Below, piece by piece: positions 28,808 through 38,766 of a stretch of 64,000 nucleotides of DNA. Position numbers and translations under genes: made by a program. The notes beneath the pieces are model-generated. The model saw nothing but the letters and a program-made list of their open reading frames with translations, ran no database searches and was not told the origin of the DNA. How positions within the stretch are numbered: the first letter of the stretch is position 1; the number at the start of each line of letters is the position of its first letter. Source of the DNA: an uncultured Desulfosarcina sp. (GTDB lineage Bacteria; Desulfobacterota; Desulfobacteria; Desulfobacterales; Desulfosarcinaceae). The stretch covers positions 1,312,001 to 1,376,000 of the forward strand of contig CAXXWQ010000003.1 in assembly GCA_963674945.2 (NCBI GenBank). Direction: 5' to 3'.

Positions 28808-29644
28808 TTGTTTTTCGTCGTCTGTGCGTCGTGGCGATTTCAATGGTATGACAATGATATAGCCCAATGCCTGTTGGTTTTCAATACGAACCGCGACGGA
28901 ATCGATGGTTGTGAAAATCCCGTCCAGAAAGCAGGATACGATTATCCTTGACTTTGATTGTGGCTATATTACATTGAAACAAGATTAAGATAAACGATGA
29001 AGCTTTATTCCTGCCGCGCATTTCACCTGTAACCACCGCCAACTGCAATGTGATACTGGTCCGCGTCCCGAACGAATCTGCTGTTGATGGGTGGCACATT
29101 GAAGTTTTCCGGCCTTCGGTCTTTCTGTCCGTATGCTCTCTTTCTGAATGACCGTCGCGTGTCGGACCAATACAAATTATCTTATCCCAAGCCGGCATCC
29201 TGGCCCCGGTTTGTCTTATCGAACATCGAAGTCGACGCGTCAGGTTGATCCCCGTATGTCGAGCCCGGTTGTTTCGTCAAAACTGCCATGTCAGGATACC
29301 GGCGGGATATTCCAATAGGAGCATGAACGGCGATCCAACAGTCAGTGAGGCAGCAAGACATTGGGGCTGGCCCTGTGGCGACCGGCCCGACCATAACCGG
29401 AAACGGAAACGATCCCACCTGCGATTTCCTCCCCGCGATTCAACATCAATACGAACACCACCGCACCTTTCCCTATAAGAGATGACATCTTTAATGGTGT
29501 TGTCAGTACCAAGACGTATATGGTAATCGTCTTAAAAGGTTTCTCATATTCCTGTTGGCCGATGCCGTCGGTGATGGCGTAACTTGTTGGCCGCCTCGCC
29601 CAAACGGGAATGGTTAAAAAAATCTGAAAGAAGGAGAGTATTCC

Positions 29645-30241
29645 ATGGTCAGCAACTGGAAACGGGTGCGTTTGATGATATTGTTTGTCCTCCTGGTGGG
29701 ATGTGCAACCGGGATGAAGACCGAAAGGGTCCGCCCCGATTATGAGGATAAGGTATACACAACCTTCAGCGCAACGGATTTGATCATCATCGCCCAAGAG
29801 ATGACCCAATCTTTGGTGGATCATTTCAAATTTGGCGAGGAAAAACCATTGGTGCGAGTGGATGTGGTAAAAAACAAAACCGATGAGCATATCGATACAA
29901 AATCCATCACCGATTCCATCGTGACCAAACTGGTAAACAGCGGAAAAATAAGATTTTCCGTCGATTATGCGGAACGGGAAGAGTACGAGAAAAGGGCCGC
30001 AGAAGAGGCATTCGAAACCAGGATCAGTGAAGAGGACAGGCAAATGTTTCTTTCCGATCAGCAAGCACCCAAGTATCGAATATATGGTGAGTTGACAAAT
30101 ATGAAAACCATCACCGAAGACACCAAGGACGTCTTTTTCAAATTCACATTGAAAATGGTGGATTTCAGGACGGGTGCCCTGGAGTGGGCGGATGAAACCC
30201 AATTACGAAAGGTGGGGAAAAAAAGGATGTTTGGCTGGTAA
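29645..30241 (+). CDS. lpoB: LpoB-like (CsgG/LpoB fold) lipoprotein
   Basis: Lipobox LLVGC; VKNKTDEHIDTKSITDSI, FTLKMVDFRTGALEWAD; AAGGAG RBS. Confidence 0.8.
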   Translation: MVSNWKRVRLMILFVLLVGCATGMKTERVRPDYEDKVYTTFSATDLIIIAQEMTQSLVDHFKFGEEKPLVRVDVVKNKTDEHIDTKSITDSIVTKLVNSGKIRFSVDYAEREEYEKRAAEEAFETRISEEDRQMFLSDQQAPKYRIYGELTNMKTITEDTKDVFFKFTLKMVDFRTGALEWADETQLRKVGKKRMFGW

Positions 30242-30267
30242 ACGACAATATTTATGGAGGCACGAGA

Positions 30268-31453
30268 ATGTCCCGTAATATAGGAAACATACCTTTCCTG
30301 ATCTTTATTTCTCTTCTTTCGGGATTCCTGTTGTTCCCCCCCCCATGTTCAATCCAACCAGAAATTCATTCACGCGTGCGGCATGGCTCCGGTGATCGAC
30401 AAAAATGTTGGCAGAGCAAGGACGCAGGCCCTTTCGGAGGCCAAAAGAAATGCCGTGGAGATCGGCATCGGCACCCTCGTCAGTTCACAGACACTGGTAA
30501 ACAACGCCGTTCTGGTCAGTGACCGCATCTACTCCCAGGCAGCCGGATATGTGACCGACTACAAAATCGTATCGGAGGGTGTCACGCCCAACGGCAGCAC
30601 GTTTGAGCTGTGCATGAATACAACAGTTGATATCGGGAATATCGAAGATGATCTCAGGGCCATCGGGATACTCAAACGGCAAGTGGGCAATCCCAGGTTT
30701 ATGACCTTGTACATTCCGGAAATCGAGGGGGGATCCGGAAATGTTGCACCTGTCGTTCAATCGATACGACGCGTCATCGATGATCTATTTATTGATAAAG
30801 GATTTATCGTTCTCGACAAGATGTTCGTCCGTGATTTTGTCAATAAGGTAAATCAAAAGAGTGCCGGTGACTTGAAAAATGTGTCCTCGATGGCGTTGAA
30901 GTATCAGGCAGACCTGATTCTGCTCTTCGATATCGACGCTACCGAACGGACCGATATTTCAAACAAGTATTTCAAGGAGGTCCATCTCGCCGTGGATATC
31001 CGTTCCGTTTCCCCTTCCACTTCCGATATCATCGCTGCCGGAGGGGAGTCAAAAACGGTGAGAACGTCAAGGAAAATGGACGGCGACTACCTCGAGAGTT
31101 CGGCGATCACGAGCGCCGCGACGAATCTTGCCGAACAGGTCGCCGAAAGCTTGTTGGGAGAAGTACTGGCCTACTTTGAAAGGCAAAGTCATGAAGGTAC
31201 CCGCTACAAGTGCCGTTTCTCAGGATTCACACAGATGGAACGGTTTGCCATCGTCGAAGTCATCGAAAACATGAATGGCGTCATGGATAAAAACATGAGG
31301 CGCCAGTCCACAGATTCCATTGAACTGGACATCGACTATTTCGGAAAGCGTTTCGATTTCCAGCGGGAACTGATATCAGGTCTTACCAAAAAGGGAATTG
31401 ACGTCGAAATAAAAGAATCGGAAGGCAATTCGTTTGTATTTACCAAACCATGA
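30268..31453 (+). pseudogene. FlgT-N/LPP20-like secreted protein, split by a +1 frameshift in a C9 tract (30336-30344)
   Basis: The signal-peptide ORF at 30268 (GGAGG RBS) and the mature-domain ORF 30383..31453 (ARTQALSEAKRNAVE) join if one C is removed. Confidence 0.65.
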
Positions 31454-31518
31454 CGGTTAACGGCTGAAATCGTCGTGGAGCACCTTCGTCGTCGAAACCG
31501 GATTGAATAAAACAATAT

Positions 31519-33108
31519 ATGTTATTTTTTCAATATTTTAGGATAGAAGCGCCCTCAAAGATAGCATTCCGGCCAGAGATCAAGGCGGAGCCACGTTTCA
31601 AGCCGCAAGCATATATTGAATATGTTGAGGATTTGAAATGTGGCCCAACAAAGATATTGGGTTGGAAGAAATTTTGGAGATCACTTCTAATTATTATACT
31701 CTTTTGGGTCATTAGTTGCGCAGCCCAGATGCATACCGAACAAATGGCCGATATCAGGGGATCTCTTGCCGAAGGGCATAACCGATTGGACTTGCTTGAA
31801 GAAAGGGTTTGCACCAATAAGGGAGAATTTCGAAGCAACGCGGATCTTATCAATCTCCTGGAATTGGGTGCCCTTTACGCAATTGTCTCCGAATTTGTGA
31901 AAAGTAATGAAGTGCTCGAAATTGCCTACCGGAAATACACGAACCGGGAGGAACGAGCAAGGATCAGCGCGCGGGATACGACGAAAAATGCCCTGGATGT
32001 CCTTTTCGGTGAAGGGTCAGGTGAATATCACATGGCCCAGTTCGAAAAAGTCTACCTCCATAATATCAAAGCCATGAATTTTCTGATGGAGGGAAGTCCG
32101 GAAGCTGCGCGAGTGGAAGCCCAGAGGGCAATCAATCGTCACCAAATGATCAGAGAATATGCGCAATTTCAAGCGGCCCAGGTCGAAAAAGGAAAGGCGG
32201 AGGTGAAACGGGAGGTGAGGAATCTATCCTCCCATTCGTCCAATGGCAAGGGCAAACATGATCGACTCGATCTCGATTCAAAAATCCGGGAACTCACGAA
32301 AAGAGCAGCATTGTCGTCGAGTCAAAAACGAGCAATTCAAAATGTAAGAAATGCATATGAAAACTGTTACACCTATCTTCTATCAGCCCTGACGTTTGAT
32401 TTGAACAAAGAATTTGAAAATATCCGCCCCCAGCTAAAAAATGCATCGAAATTAACAAAAAACCGGTATGTGCGAAAGTTATATTCCGAATACCAAAACG
32501 ATTCTAATGCCATGAGCACCGAGGTGAACCTCTACGTTTTTTCAGAGGAGGACTTTGCACCGACCAAAAAGAACCTGACCATCTCCTTTGTCAATCCCAT
32601 TACGGAGACATTGAACCAATTCTCATTGGCACAGATCGATCCGTCGCCGCAGACGATCTCGGCCATCGAACTAATGGATTCGAAATCGAAGCAAATAGGA
32701 GAACTGGAACCATTGGCGGACCTGGACCTTTTATCCCTGAAACAATACGAGTTGGACCTTCCTGGCAATATCACGAGGGCGGCACTACGATTGGTGTCCC
32801 AAGCTCTCAGGGACAAGGCCGCCCTCGATGAAGCCCAAAATACGAATGTCTCATTTTTATATAAAATCGGACTTTCCGTATTGACGATGACCACAGCACT
32901 GGCGGATACAAGGGCGTGGACATTGGCGCCGAAAAAGATCTCCTTTTACTGCGGAGCCGTTCATGATGCCCGCATTCAATTACAAGTCAGGGGGGCTTCC
33001 GGAACGGTCATAAATCAAAAAGAGATTGAAATCGTGCCGGAAATGCTCAATATAATCTCTGTCAGATGCTGCAATAACAATACGTTCATCCGAAGTCAGC
33101 GCTTCTGA
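31519..33108 (+). CDS. COG3014-like TPR lipoprotein
   Basis: Lipobox-like VISC; EYHMAQFEKVYLH, AARVEAQRA, ADTRAWTLAP. True start is probably later (TTG ~31657). Confidence 0.7.
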   Translation: MLFFQYFRIEAPSKIAFRPEIKAEPRFKPQAYIEYVEDLKCGPTKILGWKKFWRSLLIIILFWVISCAAQMHTEQMADIRGSLAEGHNRLDLLEERVCTNKGEFRSNADLINLLELGALYAIVSEFVKSNEVLEIAYRKYTNREERARISARDTTKNALDVLFGEGSGEYHMAQFEKVYLHNIKAMNFLMEGSPEAARVEAQRAINRHQMIREYAQFQAAQVEKGKAEVKREVRNLSSHSSNGKGKHDRLDLDSKIRELTKRAALSSSQKRAIQNVRNAYENCYTYLLSALTFDLNKEFENIRPQLKNASKLTKNRYVRKLYSEYQNDSNAMSTEVNLYVFSEEDFAPTKKNLTISFVNPITETLNQFSLAQIDPSPQTISAIELMDSKSKQIGELEPLADLDLLSLKQYELDLPGNITRAALRLVSQALRDKAALDEAQNTNVSFLYKIGLSVLTMTTALADTRAWTLAPKKISFYCGAVHDARIQLQVRGASGTVINQKEIEIVPEMLNIISVRCCNNNTFIRSQRF

Positions 33109-33187
33109 GCATCGATTCTTTTTATAAAGATTCGGGTATCGTGCAAGATGTCAGCGTCGTGACAATCGGGGAGACCGACCAAATGGG

Positions 33188-33220
33188 AAAGCCCGCCGCA
33201 ACCGATACCGTGCGGCAGGC
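33188..33220 (-). terminator. Intrinsic terminator of the porin gene
   Basis: On the minus strand GCCUGCCGCA pairs with UGCGGCGGGC (10 bp with one G-U), followed by UUU. Confidence 0.6.
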
Positions 33221-33252
33221 CTTCATCTCATGTTCAAAATCACATAGAAGAC

Positions 33253-33996
33253 TTAAAAGGCGTAGGAGATCCCGACGCCGCCATAGGTCGTCACATCCAA
33301 CGGACCGCCATCATCCACATCCACGAGTTTTTCATCATCTACGCTGTCGGTGTAGTTGATGAATGCCGATACGCCCAGCGCATCGGTGATGGCATACCCG
33401 ATGCTCAATGACAGATTATAATCGTAAAATCCGGCGTCGCCGTCGGCACAATACTCTTCACCGGCGTAGGCAATGGAAGCCCCTGCTTCCAGACTCAACT
33501 GTTCACTGATGTCGTAGGCGTAGGAAACGCCGAAAACCGAATAATACTCTTCTATCTCATCGATATCATAATATACGTCCAAGGCCACGGAGAATCCTGC
33601 AGGCAGTCCCATGCCTAGACTGAGGTAGACCTCCCGGGTCCCCAGCCCAACACCCGTTTCTGTCGTGGGGAACAGATACTCGATATACCCCACCCCCACA
33701 TCCACCATGCCTATTGTGCGGCCATAGGATGCGGTAAGATCGATTTCGGAAAATTCTCCCGTGTCCAGGGTATCATCATAATCATCGATGTCGAGGTTCC
33801 CCCAGACATTGATACCGAATCCCCCTTTGGTAATATCGATACTGGGCTGGGCGACCATGCCGTCATTGAAGGTCATTCCTCGCCAAACATAGGCAGAATT
33901 AAAATCCACCGCAGCCGTTACATCCGCCGCCACTGCCGGACCAGCCACACAGACCATCACCGATACGACTGCAATCAAAAGCCAAACCTGTTTCAT
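33253..33996 (-). CDS. TorF-family putative outer-membrane beta-barrel porin
   Basis: Signal peptide (AVA-A), SAYVWRG..QPSID, EIDLTASY, C-terminal GISYAF with terminal Phe. Confidence 0.8.
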   Translation of the reverse strand: MKQVWLLIAVVSVMVCVAGPAVAADVTAAVDFNSAYVWRGMTFNDGMVAQPSIDITKGGFGINVWGNLDIDDYDDTLDTGEFSEIDLTASYGRTIGMVDVGVGYIEYLFPTTETGVGLGTREVYLSLGMGLPAGFSVALDVYYDIDEIEEYYSVFGVSYAYDISEQLSLEAGASIAYAGEEYCADGDAGFYDYNLSLSIGYAITDALGVSAFINYTDSVDDEKLVDVDDGGPLDVTTYGGVGISYAF

Positions 33997-34152
33997 CTCT
34001 TCACTCTCCTTGAAAAATTATATTGGTATGATCACTTCTTTGGTTTAACGACACCGTCTATCGCTTCGGCCGTCTGCATCAACTCAGCCCGATCACCTCC
34101 TTTTTTAAATTTCGGCCGGTAACGGTTCGTCGTTTGACGCTGACCGGAGAAT

Positions 34153-34168
34153 TACAATACGCATGCCA
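34153..34168 (-). promoter_or_regulatory. Candidate sigma-54 promoter of the porin gene
   Basis: TGGCATGCGTATTGTA: correct -24/-12 spacing, GT instead of GC at -12; AT-rich DNA upstream. Confidence 0.5.
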
Positions 34169-34387
34169 GATTCCCTATCCTGGCAAATATTAGACTTATT
34201 ATAATTATTCCGGTGTATTAGAAATTTAACAGGATGTTCCCAAGAAGTATTATCAAAATTTTTATTTCATTTATGTATTTAGAAGTCGAATTATATACAT
34301 TTATGTATCTATTGAATAAAAAATCAAGATGACGCATAAAAGGAATCCGATGGGACAGGAAAAATCATACGAAAGGAAAAACGCCTT

Positions 34388-34789
34388 ATGTCAGATAAAA
34401 ATACACATCTGTTATCAATGGGTTACATTCTTTGGATCTTCGGTTTTACCGGTTCCCACAGATTCTATTTCGGGAGGCCGATATCCGGTACCGTCTTTTT
34501 CTTTACCCTCGGATTGCTGGGTATCGGCTGGTTCATCGATCTTTTCCTCATCCCCGGCATGAACCGCCAGGCAAGGATCCGGTTCCGAAGCGGTCCGGTC
34601 GATTACTCTACGAGCTGGGTGCTGCTGACGTTTTTGGGATTCTTTGGAATACACCGCATGTACATGGGAAAGTGGTTGACCGGTCTTCTCTACCTGTTGA
34701 CGGGCGGTATCTTCGGCATCGGCTATCTATATGATTTCTGGACGTTGAATGACCAGATTACGGTGATCAACGGGTCGTATCGACAGTAA
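34388..34789 (+). CDS. TM2/NINE domain membrane protein (two TM2 repeats)
   Basis: FGFTGSHRFYFG and LGFFGIHRMYMGK repeats. Confidence 0.9.
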   Translation: MSDKNTHLLSMGYILWIFGFTGSHRFYFGRPISGTVFFFTLGLLGIGWFIDLFLIPGMNRQARIRFRSGPVDYSTSWVLLTFLGFFGIHRMYMGKWLTGLLYLLTGGIFGIGYLYDFWTLNDQITVINGSYRQ

Positions 34790-34815
34790 ATATGGGAAGA
34801 GCAGGAAATCAATAC

Positions 34816-35391
34816 ATGAATGACACACTTGCCCGATGTCCGTGGCCTGGCCAGGATCCCCTGATGGTTCAATACCACGATACCGAATGGGGCGTACCGG
34901 TCCATGACGATTGCAAATGGTTCGAATTTATTGTACTGGACGCTTTTCAGGCAGGTCTATCCTGGCGTACCGTTCTTCACAAGCGCAAGGCTTTTAGAAA
35001 GGTTTTTTACGATTTCGTTCCCCGACGGGTGGCTTCCATGAACGAGTCGGCCATGGCAGATGCGATGACCAGTTCCTCCATTATTCGCAACCGGCTAAAG
35101 ATTCGTGCCGCCGTCACAAACGCCCGGGCGTTCTTGCAACTACAGGAGCGGCACGGTTCCTTCGATGCTTTCATTTGGCAATTCACCGATGGCAGGACGA
35201 TACAGAACCGATGGTCCACACCCGCCGCGGTCCCGGCCAAAACACCGCTGTCCGACACCGTCAGCAAAACACTCAAAGCAGAGGGATTCAGCTTCGTGGG
35301 AAGCACTATCTGCTACTCCTTTCTTCAGGCCGCCGGTGTGGTCAACGATCATTTGACGACTTGCTTTCGACATGGGCAATTGGGAGGATAG
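34816..35391 (+). CDS. tag: DNA-3-methyladenine glycosylase I
   Basis: RCPW, YHDTEWG, FQAGLSW, IIRNRLKI, FVGSTICY, NDHLTTC. Confidence 0.95.
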   Translation: MNDTLARCPWPGQDPLMVQYHDTEWGVPVHDDCKWFEFIVLDAFQAGLSWRTVLHKRKAFRKVFYDFVPRRVASMNESAMADAMTSSSIIRNRLKIRAAVTNARAFLQLQERHGSFDAFIWQFTDGRTIQNRWSTPAAVPAKTPLSDTVSKTLKAEGFSFVGSTICYSFLQAAGVVNDHLTTCFRHGQLGG

Positions 35392-35526
35392 GCAATCCGA
35401 ACGGACGAAATGATTTGTTGTCGTCTTGCATTTACATTTTTCGTTTCCCGCTTACTTTGGTAATGACTTCCTTTGTCCGCACGGAGCAGGGGAACGTCGA
35501 AGTCTGTCTATAAACAGGAGGTACCA

Positions 35527-35910
35527 ATGCCGAATACCGCTTCGACGATTGATAATCTGACGAAAGTATCCCTGACCATTCACGCCGAGGGGATGGCAGA
35601 TGACCGCACAAGAAAAAAAAGCTTCACTTTTATATACGGGATCGGGCCTTCGGGAATTACGCCGTTCGAGAAAGCCTTGTTCGGTAAAAAAGTGGGAGAC
35701 AGTATCGTCTATGATCTATCCCCAGCCGATTTTTCTGAAACAATCGGCCACCTCGAATTTCCTTTTCGTGAACAGACCGGCATGACAGCCCCTGGTTCCC
35801 TCCGTGTCGTCGTCGAAGGCATCGTACGGGCACCGGATCGGGAAGTCGTCAAAGCCATGGCTTCCGGCGGTAGCTGCAGCGATTGCGGTTGTGGTTGCGG
35901 TGGGCATTGA
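35527..35910 (+). CDS. Degenerate FKBP/SlyD-like protein with a Cys-rich tail
   Basis: FTFIYGIG...FEKALFGKKVGD; tail CSDCGCGCGGH; AGGAGG RBS. Confidence 0.65.
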   Translation: MPNTASTIDNLTKVSLTIHAEGMADDRTRKKSFTFIYGIGPSGITPFEKALFGKKVGDSIVYDLSPADFSETIGHLEFPFREQTGMTAPGSLRVVVEGIVRAPDREVVKAMASGGSCSDCGCGCGGH

Positions 35911-36176
35911 TCCCCATTCCCAAACAGTGACGGCTCCGCCCGAAATCTGGCTTATTACGGGTACACCATATCGGTGTCTTAATGAAAAACGCCCGGCTTG
36001 CGCATTATTTCCCGCGGTTATGTGAGTACAAACCGATCCTTTGCTTTGTCCGTACAAATATGAATTTGAAGCGATGACGCAATTCGCATCGGCAGGGCAC
36101 GGTCTCGTTATATACTTGATTTGTTTTCCGGATACTACTATACATACAGGGGATTTACCATAATCCGGAGACATTT

Positions 36177-37643
36177 ATGTATCGTGAAAATTACATTACG
36201 GCGCTTCGCACCGAATTGCTGGAGATGGTTTCCGAACAATTGACACCAGTGGCCATGCGGTATGGCTATAGCGAAGTGCCATTGGAGGCCAATATCAAAT
36301 GGCGTCCCCAGGTTCTGGTGCTGGGTAACTATTCATCGGGGAAATCCACACTGATCAATGAGTTTTTGGAAGCCAGGATTCAGGGAACCGGCCAGGCGCC
36401 GACGGACGATTCTTTCACCATCATCACGCACGACGATTCGGAACCCGAGGGTGCACCCATCCGCGTAACGGATGAACGGGACGGGAAATTTCTCTTAAAT
36501 GATCCCGAGTACCCATTTGAAACCCTCAAAAAACATGGGCAGCGATTCGCATCCCACTTCAAATTCAAGAAAGTCAATTCGCCATTTTTAAAGAATTTGG
36601 CCATTATCGATACGCCGGGTATGCTCGACAGCATCACCGAACGTGACAGAGGCTACAATTACCAGGATGTCATCGGTGATCTGGCACAAATTGCAGATCT
36701 TGTTCTTGTTTTGTTCGACCCACACAAGGCGGGTACGGTTCGGGAGGCCCATACCAGCTTGCGGGACACCCTGCCGGCCAAAACCTTCGAAGACCGGGTG
36801 TTGTATGTACTCAATCGGATCGATGAATGCACCTCCATGACGGATTTGCTCCGCGTCTACGGCACGCTGTGTTGGAATCTGTCCCAGATCACCGGCCGCA
36901 AAGACATTCCGATGATTCATCTTACCTACTCCAATGCCGCCGCCGAAAGATCGGGAAGCCTCAAGGATCCCCAGACCGCTTACCTTCAATATCTGGAAAA
37001 TCAGAGAGAAGAGCTGAAAAAAGCCGTGCTCCAGGCACCATGTCATCGCCTTGACAATCTGGCGTCATTCGTCGAGACCCATGGTGAACGGCTCACCCAT
37101 TTTCTGGAAGGCATGATCAGTTTTGGAAAAAAGGCGCGCATTTTCAAGGCAAAGTCATTCCTCGCCGGTCTGTTGACATCGGTACTGGGCGGTATCGCCG
37201 GCTGGCTGGGGATCATGACGTTCACGCCCGTAGGCGGGCTCGACCCAACGCTGCAACTGGTCGGTGTCGGCGCACTCAGTCTGATAATCTTGATTATATG
37301 GACCACTTTCATTCACAAATACCTCTATTCCCCTTTTGTGAAAAGGTGGCTAACGAAGCTGGACAAGCTGACACCATTGCCCACGCAGACACGCCGTGAC
37401 AGTTGGGCGACCATTCGGGACTTGGTCCATGCCAATATAGAAAGCAGCAGTGGGCAGGTTTCACTGGGCCAGCTGTCGACAGAGTATGCCGTCGTCAAAG
37501 AGATCCACGAAAAGGGATCACGAGAAATTCGAGAGGCGTTGAAAGACCTTGCCAACCTCACGATGGACGACGATATGTCGAAGGCCGACGACCATGGCCC
37601 GATCCCATACTGGGCCAACACGGAAGCGGCTTTCGACAGATAA
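36177..37643 (+). CDS. Dynamin-superfamily NTPase, EHD-like, with two TM helices
   Basis: GNYSSGKST, PTDDSF, IIDTPGML, LFDPHK, LNRID, LRVYGTL; hydrophobic hairpin at aa ~327-380. Confidence 0.88.
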   Translation: MYRENYITALRTELLEMVSEQLTPVAMRYGYSEVPLEANIKWRPQVLVLGNYSSGKSTLINEFLEARIQGTGQAPTDDSFTIITHDDSEPEGAPIRVTDERDGKFLLNDPEYPFETLKKHGQRFASHFKFKKVNSPFLKNLAIIDTPGMLDSITERDRGYNYQDVIGDLAQIADLVLVLFDPHKAGTVREAHTSLRDTLPAKTFEDRVLYVLNRIDECTSMTDLLRVYGTLCWNLSQITGRKDIPMIHLTYSNAAAERSGSLKDPQTAYLQYLENQREELKKAVLQAPCHRLDNLASFVETHGERLTHFLEGMISFGKKARIFKAKSFLAGLLTSVLGGIAGWLGIMTFTPVGGLDPTLQLVGVGALSLIILIIWTTFIHKYLYSPFVKRWLTKLDKLTPLPTQTRRDSWATIRDLVHANIESSSGQVSLGQLSTEYAVVKEIHEKGSREIREALKDLANLTMDDDMSKADDHGPIPYWANTEAAFDR

Positions 37644-37659
37644 GCAACCATCCTTTTCC

Positions 37660-37687
37660 TTGACCTGCCCCTATCCTATAGTATGAT
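37660..37687 (+). promoter_or_regulatory. Candidate sigma-70 promoter
   Basis: TTGACC-N16-TATGAT, about 190 nt upstream of the ModA-like gene. Confidence 0.45.
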
Positions 37688-37877
37688 TGAAGCGGGGCGC
37701 CATCAAATGTGGCGGCTCGTAAAACGCTTTTCCAGCCAAATACGGCCAGACAAACTCATACAAGAAACTCGTTGATATTTTCTTTGCCGATAGGCGAAAA
37801 CGAGGAAAAAGCGTTTAAAAAAAGTCGATCCCCGATCCATAGGAACCAATACGCCATCGCATCCATAAGGGGAATCC

Positions 37878-38726
37878 ATGGCTGAGAACACACCCCACCC
37901 GATCATTCCGGACCTGCGCGGAGACGATCTTCACCATCTCGAAGACCTGGAAAAAAGCCAGTTGAATTTATTCATGGCCGGCAATCAGTTCATGGTAATG
38001 AAAGCCTTGGTGGATCTGTTCAAAAAGCAGTACCCGGATATTCAAAACGTCTATTATCAGACCCTTCCGCCGGGACTCCAGCTCAAACAGATATTGTCCG
38101 GAGGCGCCCGGTTTCAAGGGCGCATCATCGCTGTCCGGCCGGATATCTATTCATCGGTCAACAAAACGGCCATGGATCGGCTTTGCGAAGCCGGCCTGAT
38201 TGAACCCGATGGATTTCGCCTTTATCTGCACAACCGGCTGGTGCTGATGACCCCCTCCGGAAATCCGGCCGGAATCGAATCGGTGGTGGACCTTGGAAGA
38301 GATCGCGTGCGTATCTCCCAACCGGATCCCGTTCATGAGGACATCGCATACCATATCATGGATATGTATGAGCAAGCGGGGGGAGATGGGCTGCGGCGGC
38401 GTATCATGGAAGAGAAAAGAGCCGAGGGTACGACCATCATGACCGTGGTCCACCATCGGGAAACGCCACTGCGACTGGAAAAGAAAACAGTCGATGTGGG
38501 ACCGGTTTGGTCCACGGAGGCCGTTTATGCCAGGTCGAAAAACATGCCCGTGGAAGTCATTGAACCCGGCGAGGATCTGGATCAGCGGGTGAAAATTAAC
38601 TACTACATCAGTCAAATGACCCAATCCCCCAATGAGAAGAACGCAACGCGGTTTATGCGGTTCATTGATTCCGAACCGGCAAAGGCCATTTATGAAAAAC
38701 ATGGGTTTATCCCTCATGTTGGGTAA
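37878..38726 (+). CDS. ModA-like oxyanion-binding (PBP2) domain protein
   Basis: LFMAGNQ, YQTLPPG, GNPAGI, DVGPVWSTE, IYEKHGF; no signal peptide. Confidence 0.75.
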   Translation: MAENTPHPIIPDLRGDDLHHLEDLEKSQLNLFMAGNQFMVMKALVDLFKKQYPDIQNVYYQTLPPGLQLKQILSGGARFQGRIIAVRPDIYSSVNKTAMDRLCEAGLIEPDGFRLYLHNRLVLMTPSGNPAGIESVVDLGRDRVRISQPDPVHEDIAYHIMDMYEQAGGDGLRRRIMEEKRAEGTTIMTVVHHRETPLRLEKKTVDVGPVWSTEAVYARSKNMPVEVIEPGEDLDQRVKINYYISQMTQSPNEKNATRFMRFIDSEPAKAIYEKHGFIPHVG

Positions 38727-38766
38727 ACCATGCATCGTTTCCCGCTAATTCACAAAAGGGGGCAAA

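Noticed and set aside
29342..30202. 286-aa minus-strand ORF
   Set aside because: Mostly antisense to the lpoB-like gene; implausible composition.
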